Source: Lama glama (Eukaryota). From it: 64,000 bases of DNA. The notes under the pieces are model-generated. The model ran no database searches. It was not told where the DNA came from and saw only the letters and a list, made by a program, of their open reading frames with translations. Positions within the stretch are counted from its first letter, which is position 1; each line of letters begins with the position of its first letter. Shown in pieces: positions 47,255 to 59,104 of this stretch. A program made the position numbers and the translations under genes. The stretch is taken from the NCBI GenBank assembly GCA_028534125.1, contig CM052816.1, positions 90,832,001-90,896,000 on the forward strand. Reading direction: 5' to 3'.

Positions 47255-49820
47255 GATGTACAGGACAGCGCAGAAAACGGCCTGAGGGTCATAGTCGCCC
47301 ACCGTGAAGAGCGGGAAGTACTCTCAGCCGCCCCCCCACCCCCATCCCCCGCATGTACCGCTAGTTCTGTTGTGGAGGAAGTGAAAATAAAGAAGAGGGC
47401 TTTAGGTAGTGCTAGGAAATTTTTCTAAGCTTTTGGAAGTTTTTGCTTTCTCTGGGCTGCCCCGAGTTCCAACAATCATTTCACCTCAAGTGTGGCCAGA
47501 CATTGTGCTGACCATAGTGAAGTAATTCTCAGGTGGATTAAAGAACAGATTCAAAATCCTGTTTAGTGTTGGAAACCAAGCAGAGCCACGTGTAAAATCC
47601 TAGAATGGGACCTCGGGGATGCGGAGTAGAGAGGAGGTAATTGTGTGTTTTTGGTGAGAGCCCTAAAGGGCCCTTTTTTTAAAAAAAAATTTTGTTCAGT
47701 CTCAGAGTTTTGCATGTTCGCTCAGCTGTTTTTGGTGGGTTTTTTTTTGGCCAGGGGTATAGTTTTGTATTTATCTAAAATTTAAACTACTGTAGGTTGG
47801 TCCCAAGAATACAGAGGACCGAAACGTTCCCATTTGACTCATAACTTTTATGTTACACTCGCTGTGAAGTATTTGCAGGCGGAAAAAGAAATGTGCAAGT
47901 GACCTGCTAACATGCTTTGTTGAAAAAATAAAAGAGCATATTCGGGGCCTCTGGAGAACGGAGCACATGGGCAGGTCAGCACTGCTCTGAAAGTTAGGGA
48001 TGACTTGTCCTCTTGCATAGTGAGCTCTGGACAGAGTTTCAGAAACACAACACCGTTTTCTGCAGGGTGTAAATGTGGCTAAAAATGGACTCTTGTGGAA
48101 AGCGTAGGAGGGAAGTCGGCATTGAATGCTTGTCTTTTCCAAAACCATCATCAGGCGCGTGGGCTATCACTGAAGCGCTTTTTTGGAAGAGAATGTAGAA
48201 TGAGCTAAGAAGTTCTAAATTAGATTTTTTCACTTTGAGAGTCAACTGTTTTATCCTTTCCAAAAAGAGCCTAATTTGATGGCTCTGAAATAGCTCAGAG
48301 TGATATCAAGTTACAATAAAATGGCATTTTAAGGGGTAGTTATTGAACCTACCCCAGTCAGCGTAATCAAGGCGATTACTCTCTGCAAGGATTCCGTTGG
48401 GTTTTCTGTTTGCGTTGTCTGTTATGGGGTCTCCTGAAACACATTATGGACTGGGGAATTAACCGTCCCAATCCATGTCTGTGCCTTCCCTCCTCTGTGC
48501 CCTTCTCTTCTTATTTGCACGAAGTATAATTAGACTTGGTTTTAAAAGTTATTCTCTTTTTAGGAAAAGGCCATTCGATCGCCTGGTGCTTACAAGTTGT
48601 CCCCACCCCCCAAGATAGACTTTCTCAGGCCACACGGGAAACACGACCCTAACTATTTATAATCACATTTCCCATTGAGAGCCATCTCTAACCTTTTGGG
48701 TTCGACCTTCACTTTGACTTATTGGCATTTATACTATGGGACCAATTTTGTGAAACTTGATAATGGGTTGGTGTCGTGGTTTTTCATTGCGTTTTTGTCA
48801 TTTTTCACTCTCTGCTCTGTCCAGATGCTTTGTTTTGCCTTTTCCCCCCTTCACTTTGCCCTCTTTGGTGCCTTTTTGTGTCCTTGAATGTCTTGGGGAT
48901 GTGGCAGCTTCTTCACTCCCTCTCCACACACCGTATGGGTTCACTCCTGTGTTGCGCACGAGTCTCCCTCAAGCCTGTTGAGGGCTGGAAAACTGACCGT
49001 GGGACCGGCTAGCATGTCTCCCATTTCAGAGCTCCAAGTAACACCCTGCGACCCCACTGACAGTCAGGAATGGGGCAGCTAGAGCTCAGTGATTTTAAGT
49101 GTTAGGTGGGAACAGGTCAGATGTGACTGCAGAGGGAAGTGGAGGAGCCTGGATATTTTAACCAAGTTAAGAATTTCATCTGAAAGGATGCTGATTGCAC
49201 ATGCTCCCCGCCTCCCCACCCCCAGCCCAGGAATGCGCTGCAGAAGCTGCATTCCTGGCTTCACACGCAAAGCCAGCTGTTGGTGAAGGCAGCTGCCTGG
49301 GTAGAGAGGTCTCACCGGCCAACTCCTTCTACGTGAGCGGATGGAAAGTGAGTGAGCAGCAGTTGGCACGGCCCCCCAAATCTGGTGGGGCCATCTGAAG
49401 TCCCCCGGGGGGAAAGGTGGGGAGAAACCAGCAGGGAGACAGCTAAACTTCTGAAGATGGAGGGAAAGGAGTTTGGAGGGGCAACACTGATGATGGAGAA
49501 GTAGTGGCATTAGGGTACTGTGACTCGCAGATCCAAACTCTGGGACAGCAGGGAAGAGTCTCTCTGGTCAACTGTGCTGCACGTAATTCCCTTGCTTTTA
49601 TGTTGTTTAAATAACAAAAAAGTGTATTCTACCCCCTTCTCATCTTTTTTATCTCCTTTTTGGTAAAGAGAAACATTTTCATACTGATGTGCTTATTTTG
49701 GGGAAATCTTACCCATTTTTTTCTCAAAAGGAGAGAAACATAGATTATATTTTTGCTCCCTATAGCCTCTCAGGTGTCCTCTGTACTGCAGTTGACGCTT
49801 CCAGCCAAATTAACCTGGGG

Positions 49821-49903
49821 TTCAGTTGAACCGTGTGAAATTGCTGTCTCTACAGAATGAGAGAGTTGAGTTTCGGCAGTTTCCTGTGGGTTGCCGAGCC
49901 TAA
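49821..49903. mobile_element. MADE2-like mariner MITE (degenerate)
   Basis: gttgaaccgtgtgaaattgc...tcggcagtttcctgtgggtt...cctaa resembles the MADE2 TIRs (GGTTGAACCATATGAAATTGCC); about 80 bp long. Confidence 0.6.
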
Positions 49904-50311
49904 GAGTATGTTAATTGCCCTCTATTTTAATTTTGTGTTTTAGCTTGTCCATATGTTCATGATTTAAAGATAGAATTTGTCTGATGGCGTGCAGTACAGT
50001 TGAACAAAGTAGTTTTTTTGCAGTCCAGTTGAGAGGCAAAGCATATCCCTAAAACAATACGCAGCCCTGGCTTTTGGGTACCACTGCCACCTCGAATTCC
50101 ATTGTTGTTGTGTGTATATTTGTGTGTGTTCACAGCTGTGACATTTGTATCCCTTTTGGGGTTTTCAGTGTTTTGGATGGGTGTCTAAAATAATTTGCTA
50201 TGATTGATCTCTGCTGCAAATGTCCAAATTTGAGTTGAAAGAAAAATGAATGGATAAATATATGATTTTTTTTAACTGGAACTTGGATTTTCCTGTGTGT
50301 GTGTGTGTTTG

Positions 50312-50475
50312 TTGTGGTAAATATAAATTACGTAGACTTGACCGTTTGAACCATTTTTGAGTGTAAAAGTGGATGGCATTAATTACATCCGTAATGTGTG
50401 CAACCATCATCACTATTTACAAAACTTTTTCATCACCCCGAACAGAAGCTCTGTGACCATTAAATACTAACTCTC
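50312..50475 (-). mobile_element. L1MB-like fragment
   Basis: aaccatttttgagtgta...tgtgcaaccatcatcactattt...aactttttcatcaccccgaacagaagctctgt. Confidence 0.8.
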
Positions 50476-53400
50476 TATGCAGTTTGTTTTTGAACTACTT
50501 TTCTCTTGGATACCTTTCCTTGTGCTGCTTTTAGATACAAAAGAACGTAGAAATTCTTGTTTGTATCTTTTCTGAAGAAATAGACACCATCAAGAAAGAA
50601 CTGCTTTAGACCTAGCTCCAGAGTCTGAGGATGGAGAATTGGATGGTGACTGAGATCTGCTGACCACCAGTGAGCATTTGGCGTTGGCCTTGTGATGTGG
50701 GCGTTGGGTGGGTGGTAGGGCTCCTATGGGTGGGTCAAGGTGGCTGCACAGCCATTCAAAAAGAGAAAAGAGGGACATGCCGGTGGCAAGTGGCAGATAC
50801 TTTTTAAAAAATCAGATGTATTTGGTTCCCTTTGTTGAAACTTCAGTACGGGTCCATCTATTGTTCTTGGAATTCACTTCCATCAAAATAGTGCTGCTGT
50901 ATTAAAAACACACCGCTGAACTGAGCAGCTCTTACATTCTGTGCTTTTCCCACATTTTGCTATTTCGTCCTGGAAATACCCGTCTCTGAGATGGATGGCA
51001 AACACCAGCCCGGGGAGTTTCTTAGAATCAAGAGTCAATCCCCCAGAGGCTGAACACCTCTGGGACTTTCAGTCTTGCTTTAAAGAACAAGTAGAATGCA
51101 GTTTGTCCAACTTGGTTTAGAGTGAAAAAAAAAATGTTTTTATGCCTGAAAGCCATGTGATTGACTCTCTAGAGTTCTTCCAAGAATCTGGTTTGGCATC
51201 TTGTGGCTCAAAGATGGAAAGTCAGATGTTTCCATTAATTTTCGCTCTGGGACAATAGAAAAAAAAACAAAAAACATCTGATCGTTAGTGCACTTAGCGC
51301 CAGGAAAAAAACATGTGCTTATGTGTAAGTTTGCAGAGCTCCGCGTGGACACTCGCTCACTGTAAGTTGGGAAGAGATGGTCACGCAGGCAGGCTGTGGG
51401 CTTGCCTTGGCCTTTTGGGCAGGTTCCTGCAGGTGTGCCTGCCCCTCCCACCTTCATTCAGGGGTGGAGACCTTTTCAGAGGCTTTCTCAGCCTCTCCAT
51501 CCAGAAGAGCCACCACCTTGACATTGTATCGTGCGTGTTGGTTTGATTTTTTTTTTCTCTGCCTCTCCTCACCATGCTCTCTGAGATCGAGGGTATATCA
51601 TTTGTGTGTTCTTAGCATCTCGGCACAAAGCCTGGTCCACGGAGGCACTCATGTACCGAGCGCATGGTGTATCTCTGTAGTCAGTGTGAAACCAAACATT
51701 AGAATGATGTCATTTCTCTATCAGAACGTTATATGATAACTGTCTCAACAGAGCACACATGTCTTAAGGGCCTGCAAGTGACAAAAGGAAAAGCCTCTGG
51801 TCCTAAAGTCATGGTGGGAGTTCCTCTGTGTTACTTCCCTCCTGGCCATAGGATCGGAGTGAAATAAAGAGCCCTGAAACTCATTAAAGGGGATTCCTTT
51901 TTCAAAGGAATTATTTCACTTGATAGACTCCAAAAATATATAAATTGCATTTTCCTTTTATAAGGGGGAGTGGGTGGCTGTTAAGTTGGGTTCAGAATAT
52001 TTTCCCAAAGTTTGGCCTTTTGAAACCTGAGGTGATAATTCTATATGCTTCATCAACGACACCAAAACAGGGAGCTGTTTACAGGGACAAACACTGGATA
52101 CGTTGGTGTTCTGAGGAGTGTGGGCTGTGTCAGGTGATGGAGACCTTAGCCTGCCAAGGGCGCACACCACTTCTGTCATCTGCCCTCGCTGGCACCTCTG
52201 AAAAACCCATTGTAAGACCTTAAGAGCCCCTGTCTCTGCTCCTTTAAGTGAATCCAGCTTAAGTGGATTAGGAATCCAGCTTATTTTTGACCCTTTCTTT
52301 CAGAACAGTCTCCTTTGGACTGACTGCTGGGGCCCCTCCCTGTCTGGCACCCCCACAGGGTGGGTGGGTGGGTGGAGAGAGAATGAGGTCGCTATTAGCA
52401 GTATTTCCTGGCCCCTGCGAGGCCCTGACTGACCACACACACACAAATGATTTTGCAGGAGAGCGCAAATGACCTCTGACCTGGGTCATGACCTTCTGTG
52501 GCCTCCTGTCCTTGGTTGGGCCAAATTGTTGGCTTTCTCCTTTGTGGTTATCTCTCGACTTCAGCCTCATCTTTCCTCCCTGGGTCCATTCAGTGAACCT
52601 CCTCTTCCCATCCCTTAGACTCAGTGTATTTATTTGGGCTCAAGCCTGCCTCTGACCTGCCTGCGCCTCCTATCCGCGGTCGACTTCTGGATTCCAGGCT
52701 CTGCTCGGAGTAGCTCAGCCGACTGGTGCCTGTGTCGGCCTGTGGTTTATCCAGACCCTTCCTGCTTCTCCCGGGAACCCTTCCCAGTGACCAGGCACAA
52801 AGAGAAGGGCTGACTTTTGTACTGTTGGACCTACTATTGCTTTCAGCTTTGTGGTTACTTTTAGGAAATCAAATTGCTCATACTTGAAGGTAAACAGAAT
52901 ACTGTCTTCCATTCTTGATACCCATGAATATGGAAAGCAGTCAGCAAACCAGTGCTGGATGTTAAGCTCAGACCAGGTGGTAACTTAAGACTGGGAGAGG
53001 TGATGGGGAAAAGGGGTGCAATCAAAACTCAGGGTTTTTTTTTTTTTTTTGAGGCTTAACTACTATACCTTTATTGTAAGTGTCATTTTGTGGAAAATGT
53101 ATGTAAAGATGTTGTTTGAAAACAAAGCCGTTCAGAAGATTATCCGTGGGAATCAGACGTGGCACCGTTTAATGCCAGGTGGAGTTGCAGTAGAAAAAGC
53201 AGAAGCAGTTTGTTGGAACAAATTCCGGCAGTTGCTGGTTTGTGACTGAGGTTCATTTCATCTCAAATTCACTTAAAGGCCTGTTACTTAGAACCACTTT
53301 TCCTAAAGACTCAGTAATATGCGTGAGGGATTGGTTACCTAGTCTGTCTGCAAAGGCCTGTTCGGGTACCTGTGATGGGGACTCGGGATGGTGTGCAAGT

Positions 53401-54184
53401 CCTCTGTTGCCTGATTCCAACTTTGCTGAACTCCAATCCAGGCTGCCACTGTGGTGAGATTAGGGAACCACATTCTTCCCATGATCACCTCTCTGGGGGG
53501 CTGTGGGAAAGGAGGTCACCCCACTTCTAAGCCACATCCTCCTTGTGAGGGTTGGCGTTGGAAAGAGGGTGCCGTTTGCCAGGTGACATCTCTCCACTAG
53601 GCCCCATGCTGGTGCCTTCCATCCATTTAATCCTCACTGCTCCCCTACGAGGAAGGTGTTTGAGATTGAGCTGCCGTGGGGTAGTGTGTCCACAAGTCCA
53701 CAGTTGATCAGCAGCGCGTTGACAGAGCTGGGTTTGGATCCAGAGTTGGTCATCTTTCTACTTGATCACGTTACTTCCTCCGGAGGAAAGTGAAGTCTGG
53801 CAGGGTGAGGTGGGGGCTGTCGCTTATCCACCTTGCCGGCCCTTCGACTGCCCATCCTGGCTGCTGCTTCTAGTTCACTTCGTTTCTCTCTCCAGGCCCC
53901 TGGGATTGAATGTCCTTGTCACCTTCCTGGTCATGATCTTTGCCTTTCTGTTGAAGTTACTCTTCCAGATCAGCGGGCTCTCATACCACCTTCCCATTTC
54001 CCTCCTCTTTTGTGGCGGCTGTTTTACTTTATTGCTCTGGGGGGAAATAGAAGGGTCAACAAAAATCACGTTTTTCAGTTTCAGTGTTTCACGTTAAATC
54101 GCCTCGTGTGTTCACAGTCTTGCTTCCACGGTTGCTGCTTCTGGTGGAGTTGTTGTCAGCCCTGGCTGCCCATTGAACTTATAC

Positions 54185-54303
54185 CAAGAGCCTTGGCTCC
54201 GCCCCAGAACAATGAATCAGAATCTCAGCTGGGACTTGGGCCCTGGTGTGTCTGGAACAAGCTTCCTGGATGCTGCTTCATAAGCAGTCAAGGTCAGAAC
54301 TAT
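54185..54303. mobile_element. MER5-like fragment
   Basis: ggctccgccccagaacaatgaatcagaatctc...aacaagcttcctggatg. Confidence 0.6.
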
Positions 54304-54690
54304 TTCATAGACCAAATGAGCATCATGTCAAAATAGTACCCTGAAAGTTGTTGAAAAAGCACATCTTTTTACACACTAGACTTAGAAAACGCTCATGTTA
54401 CCCATGATCTCTAGGCCTGGATTCTTCCTATGCAGCTTCTTTTCTGGGCGCCTTTTCTTAGATGGTTCTGTGGAAGGTCTCTGATGCCCACATGATCTGT
54501 GTAAATACAGTTCCCTCTGTCCACCCATTTGGCCACTGGGCCCTCGTCTGCCGGAGGCCCTGGAGTGTGCCCATCTTACTCTTTGTCTAGGGAATTGTAC
54601 CTGTTCTTGGTCTTCTATCTCCACCTCCCTAGTCCCACCCTCAGGTTGGATACTCTGAGTGGGACATTTGGATTTAACTGTCCCAAAAAC

Positions 54691-54868
54691 TAGTGTGGCG
54701 TTTCTCCGTGTGTGCTTCTCCCACCGGCGGCTGCTTCACTTCATCTTCAGTCATCAGGGCCCTTGTGAAAGATGCAGCTTCCTTGGTCCCACTCCAGTCC
54801 TGTCCTGGGGTCTGTACTTTAACAGGATTCCCAGACGATGCTGTTCACAGTGAAACTGGAGAGCCCCA
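54691..54868. mobile_element. MER5A-like element (degenerate)
   Basis: cttgtgaaagatgcagcttccttggtcccactccag...tctgtactttaacaggattcccag...tggagagcccc. Confidence 0.55.
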
Positions 54869-55984
54869 GGTTGGGTGGGTGGGTGAGGTGACGTGAGATC
54901 AGTTGGAGAGTCTTTCTCCTCCCCACCTCCCCTCTCCATTTGCTGTTGACTTCAACTTGGGCTGCCCTCTGCCCTGCGAGGCTGGGGGTTCTGGGAGGGG
55001 CCGGCCTTCCTGGAGGGGTGACTCTGTGGACAGGTTTGATTTCTTCCATGCTCCGCATCTTCCTCTTGCCTGCAGTCCTGCCTCTTTCTGTGTCTGGAAC
55101 AGAACCCAGTGTAGGGGCACCTCTCCTTCCTGCTGTGAGACGCCATGATGGTTTTTCTAATTTGAATGGAGAAAAATCCCAAGGGTGAAGCCGTTTCCTG
55201 AAATCCCTCAGTTGAGCCCTCCACACACAGAGGCCGTCCATGATGGTCTTTGAGTTCAAACAGCTCAATTAAGTTATATTTATGTTGCTGAGCAAACCAT
55301 ACCTGTTTCTACCCCAAGGAAAGAGGAGGGGATTGGGGTCTGAATGGGTCTGATAAAGCCCTAGGGTGAAGAGCTGGCCCAGCCAGGGGTTGGGGGTTGG
55401 TGGGAGGTGGGGGCAAAGGGGTACCCCTGAAGGAGCTCATTTCCTCCACCCCTGCAGCCATGCACCTGCTCTGCGGCTTGGATGACCCAACCTGGGCTGG
55501 GCTGGGGGAGATAGATGTAGAGTAGGGGAGGGTGGATAAGTCCCCAGCAGCACATTGGAGAGAAAGGGGCTTATTCATGCCCAGTGGGTACCTCTTCTGA
55601 TAGCTTCTGCTTAGAGTGTCTGTTACTTAGAACTGCAGTGCAAACAGAGAAGACATGAATGATGCCTGGCTTTTGTCCCCAACTGCTTGCCCTGCCATCT
55701 TAAAGGTAAGGATTCAAACCTCATGGTTACTTCGGAGGAATGTTGCCTGGGAAGGGGCACCAGTGAACTTTCTCGGGTGATGGAAATGTTCAGTGTGTTG
55801 CCGTGGGTGCTTCATCAGGCTGTATATTGTACTGGATGCACATTAAACCTCAGTGTTTTTTTTTTTTTAAGCAATATCTAGCTTTTTTGAAAGCAGCTGT
55901 TTGTATTGAAGTTACATATGTTGCAAACGCAGCATGACTGGACTCAGTGAAGGCTATATAATTGCTCCAGTGTTTCACTGAAGC

Positions 55985-56256
55985 CGCAGTGGTCCATGTC
56001 CACTGCCTCTTTTCCTACAGCTTGCGAGCTCAGAATGATTTATACCTTTTTAAATGTTTGAGAAACGTCAATAGAATATGTTATGACACATGAAAATGAT
56101 AAGAAAGTCAGATTCAGTGAAGTGGTATTGGAAACACAGCTATGCCTATTCATCAGTTTATCCAAGACTGAGTCAAGCCAAGTGGCCCATTCTAGGAGTC
56201 AAACAGCCTGAGATATCAACCATCTGGCCCTTTGCAGAAAAAGCTGGCTAACCCTG
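55985..56256. mobile_element. MER58B-like hAT element
   Basis: gcgagctcagaatgatttatacctttttaaatg...gacacatgaaaat...ttggaaacacagc...atctggccctttgcagaaaaagctggctaaccctg. Confidence 0.8.
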
Positions 56257-56317
56257 ATCTAAAGGATCATTTTCCCCAGTTACTTCTGATGTGCTGTTTA
56301 GTGGTGCAGGGGGCCTT

Positions 56318-56812
56318 CCAGTGGTCCCCAGTCCTGGCTTCACATCAGAATCACTGGAGGGGCTGCTAATTGGGAGCCTCATCCAATGATTCAGTCTCTA
56401 GAGGTGAGCCCAGGACCCAGTGGTCCAGCCTTTCCGGAGGTGAGCCCAGGAATCTGTATTTGCAGTAGGACTCTGTGCTGTGAAGCCCCCAGCGGGTCGA
56501 TGGATCAGTTGTTTAGCCCCATCATTTTGTTCTCCCTGCGAGAGAGAATGTCTTCCTGAAGAGGACAAAGATTGGCAGCGGCAAAGCCCGTGTTTCCTGC
56601 TGCCAGGAGCACTACCTGTAGCGTGGCGGTGCTCAGAACTGAGCAGGAATCAGAATCCCCTGGAGGGGCTGATGAAACCCCTGAGACCTGGGCCTCAACA
56701 CAGAGGTTCTGATTCAGCAAGTCTCGGGTGGGGTGTGAAAATGTGCGTTTCTAACAGGCTCCCCGGTGCTGCTGGTGATGCTTGTCTGGAAGGCACACTT
56801 TGGGGACCAGGT
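56318..56812. mobile_element. Two MER5-type fragments (about 56318-56480 and 56625-56812)
   Basis: cacatcagaatcactggagg...gcccaggaatctgtattt; tcagaatcccctggaggg...tctgattcagcaagtctcgggtgggg...tttctaacaggctccccggtgctgctgg...cacactttgggg. Confidence 0.75.
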
Positions 56813-57022
56813 TGTAGGGCTTGGCAGGCTGTGTGTGGGTTTTCTTCCTAAAAATCCTTGTTCTAAATACAAGCATCTGATACACAGGCTTCCCCCAAAA
56901 GCAAGTTGTTTAAAAACACAGATGGTCACTCACACAGTCCAAGTACCTTTTTGGACTGCTCCAGCCATAAAGGCCCCGTGCTTGAACACTGTCCTGAGAG
57001 AAACGCAGTCTGGTGATCTTAG

Positions 57023-57095
57023 TGAGGTGCTGGGGATTGAACCCAGGACCCTGTGCGTGCTAAGCATGCGCTCTACCACTGAGCTCTACCCACCC
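57023..57095 (-). mobile_element. tRNA-Ala(AGC)-like head only (Vic-1 SINE head or tRNA pseudogene)
   Basis: The reverse complement GGTGGGTAGAGCTCAGTGGTAGAGCGCATGCTTAGCACGCACAGGGTCCTGGGTTCAATCCCCAGCACCTCA has an A-like box, a B box and AGC in the anticodon position. There is no SINE tail. Confidence 0.75.
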
Positions 57096-57602
57096 ACCTC
57101 GCCTCGCCCCCGCCCACCCTGCCACTCCCTCAGCGAGCCTAGTTTTAAATACTAACACCTGCCTATGGTGTAGTCTGTAACTGAGTGTTTGTTTCTGGGT
57201 GAACAGAGAGCCACTCCAGGCACAGCAAAAGTAAGAAAAGCCTGCGTTGTGTGTTAATTACACCTAACACCTTTCCAGGGAAGGTCTACTCATGGGAGTA
57301 GTTCCAAAAATGAGTTGATTGTGCTTATACACATTTAGAGGCTGCTGTGTAAAGTTTTGACGCCTAATGCTTATTTTTAATACTGAAGAGCAGTTAAATT
57401 TTTAACTTACCATTTGCCACACTAGCCAATTACACAGCTCACGTTTCCTAAGTGAGGTGCCAATGCTGGAGGAAAGAGAGTGATTCTGTATTTAGAAGCT
57501 GCTGCTGGAACTCACGAGTTCTTGATAGTCTTAGGTTTAATACGCTCTTATAGTCCATCGTCCATGCCACTCTGGCCTAGAGAACATGGGGCTAGTGACC
57601 AG

Positions 57603-57746
57603 AAAGGGGGACCGGGGTAAGGTGAATGGCGTGCCCAGGGTGCACATGTAGAGACGCATCACTCAGGGTCATTGCATGAGCCCCAGAATTGGTGCAGCCT
57701 TAAATTGTGTATCTGGGACACCTGCCTCACCCTCGTCCCAGCCCTG
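57603..57746. mobile_element. MER96-like palindromic hAT MITE (degenerate)
   Basis: ggggaccggggtaaggtga...ccagggtgcaca...cactcagggtc...ccttaaatt...tgcctcaccctcgtcccagccctg. Confidence 0.65.
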
Positions 57747-59104
57747 ATCAGAACTTAGGAGTTTAAGCAAGACTCCCTAAGGGGCTCATCTGTAGAATCA
57801 AACGCCCCTCTTTCCCTCCCTTTGCTTAGATTTGTTGATACTTGTAAACTCTCCCAAGAAATGACCCGTTTTGAACAGTCCTTTCTTTGATATTTGTTTT
57901 CAACTATCTGTGTCCATATGTTAGTGAACTTGTTCAAGATTTTACTGGAATACATCCTGCAGTGTATAATATGATAGTTTTGATTATTCACATGAATTTT
58001 TGAGGGAAAAAATGTCCCCATAGGGTTTCATAGATGAAGCCTTTAGAGCAGACGTGTGCAGTCTCCCATAACACTAAACATTACATTTACCATGTGAATT
58101 TGGCACATAGACTGTATTAGAAGTTCCAAATGCAGTGGCTTCATTTCAGAGGTTCGACTCAGCCTTAATCCAGCTGCTGTTTGAGTGTTCCAAATGGTTC
58201 TTGTAATAATTTTGAAATAATTAATCGTATTTCTCAGTCTTCCAGTGAGGGTAACCGAGCAGCTAGCCCTTGAAAATTGAGCCAGTATTTTTGTCCTCTG
58301 GAATGATCTTCTGTTCTGAATTGTCTCCATCTTCCTGCCATGTCAGAGTTCACAGTGGCTTGCTCCAAGCATCTGCTTTTGCTCTTGCAAAGGGAGCTAA
58401 TGGCAGATGTTGACGGGGTGATGCTGAGAACCACTCACTCCTGTGACAGTGGGCTAGAGCGTACGCCGTCCCCAGTTTCAGGAAGCTTTTGTTAACAGAG
58501 GGCTGGAGAGAGATCAGGACTCCGGAGAATGTTGCCAGCATGCCTTTTAAAGGGCACATCCTGTCCGAATAACCTCATTTCCTTCCCTGAGCAACGATAA
58601 ACCAGGGAGATTAAAATTGCAGATTTTTCAAGTTAGCAATCATTTTTTTCTGATTTAAAACCTGTCCCATATTAAAATGGAAAGATTGTTCATTTAAAAC
58701 ATTTATTCGGCTTGACCCCCCCCCCCCACAAAGGGACTTAGCTTAGAAAATAGTACATGGGTGTCATAAACATTCACTGGAGGTAGCCCTGGAGAGAGTA
58801 GGTGTCAGTGTCCAGGTCCCATACTTATTTTGGATGTTCCCTGTTTGGACATTCTCTGCAAGGGTAAGATGATGTAAATGCTGTAGGAAAAATAACTTCT
58901 ATCTTTTGAGGAAAGTCACACTGAGAAGTATCCATCATTTTTGGCTCATTGCTGTCTTTGACAGATTCGAAAATAGTTCGCAGATGTTCTTGTAGCTAAA
59001 AGAGCGAAAGAGGCAGTAGCCACGTTGCAGCACCTCGGGTGCGATTACTTAATAATTTTCATCAGTGTGAGCTGTGGTCTGCAGGGAAAAGAATAGCTTT
59101 TTTC

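Noticed and set aside
52250..52283. 12-bp direct repeat GAATCCAGCTTA around a 10-nt spacer
   Set aside because: A tiny local duplication with no element between the copies and no functional inference possible.
53762..54336. Hydrophobic 111-aa and 167-aa ORFs resembling membrane proteins
   Set aside because: The T-rich sense strand gives Leu/Phe bias; they have non-ATG starts and no family resemblance.
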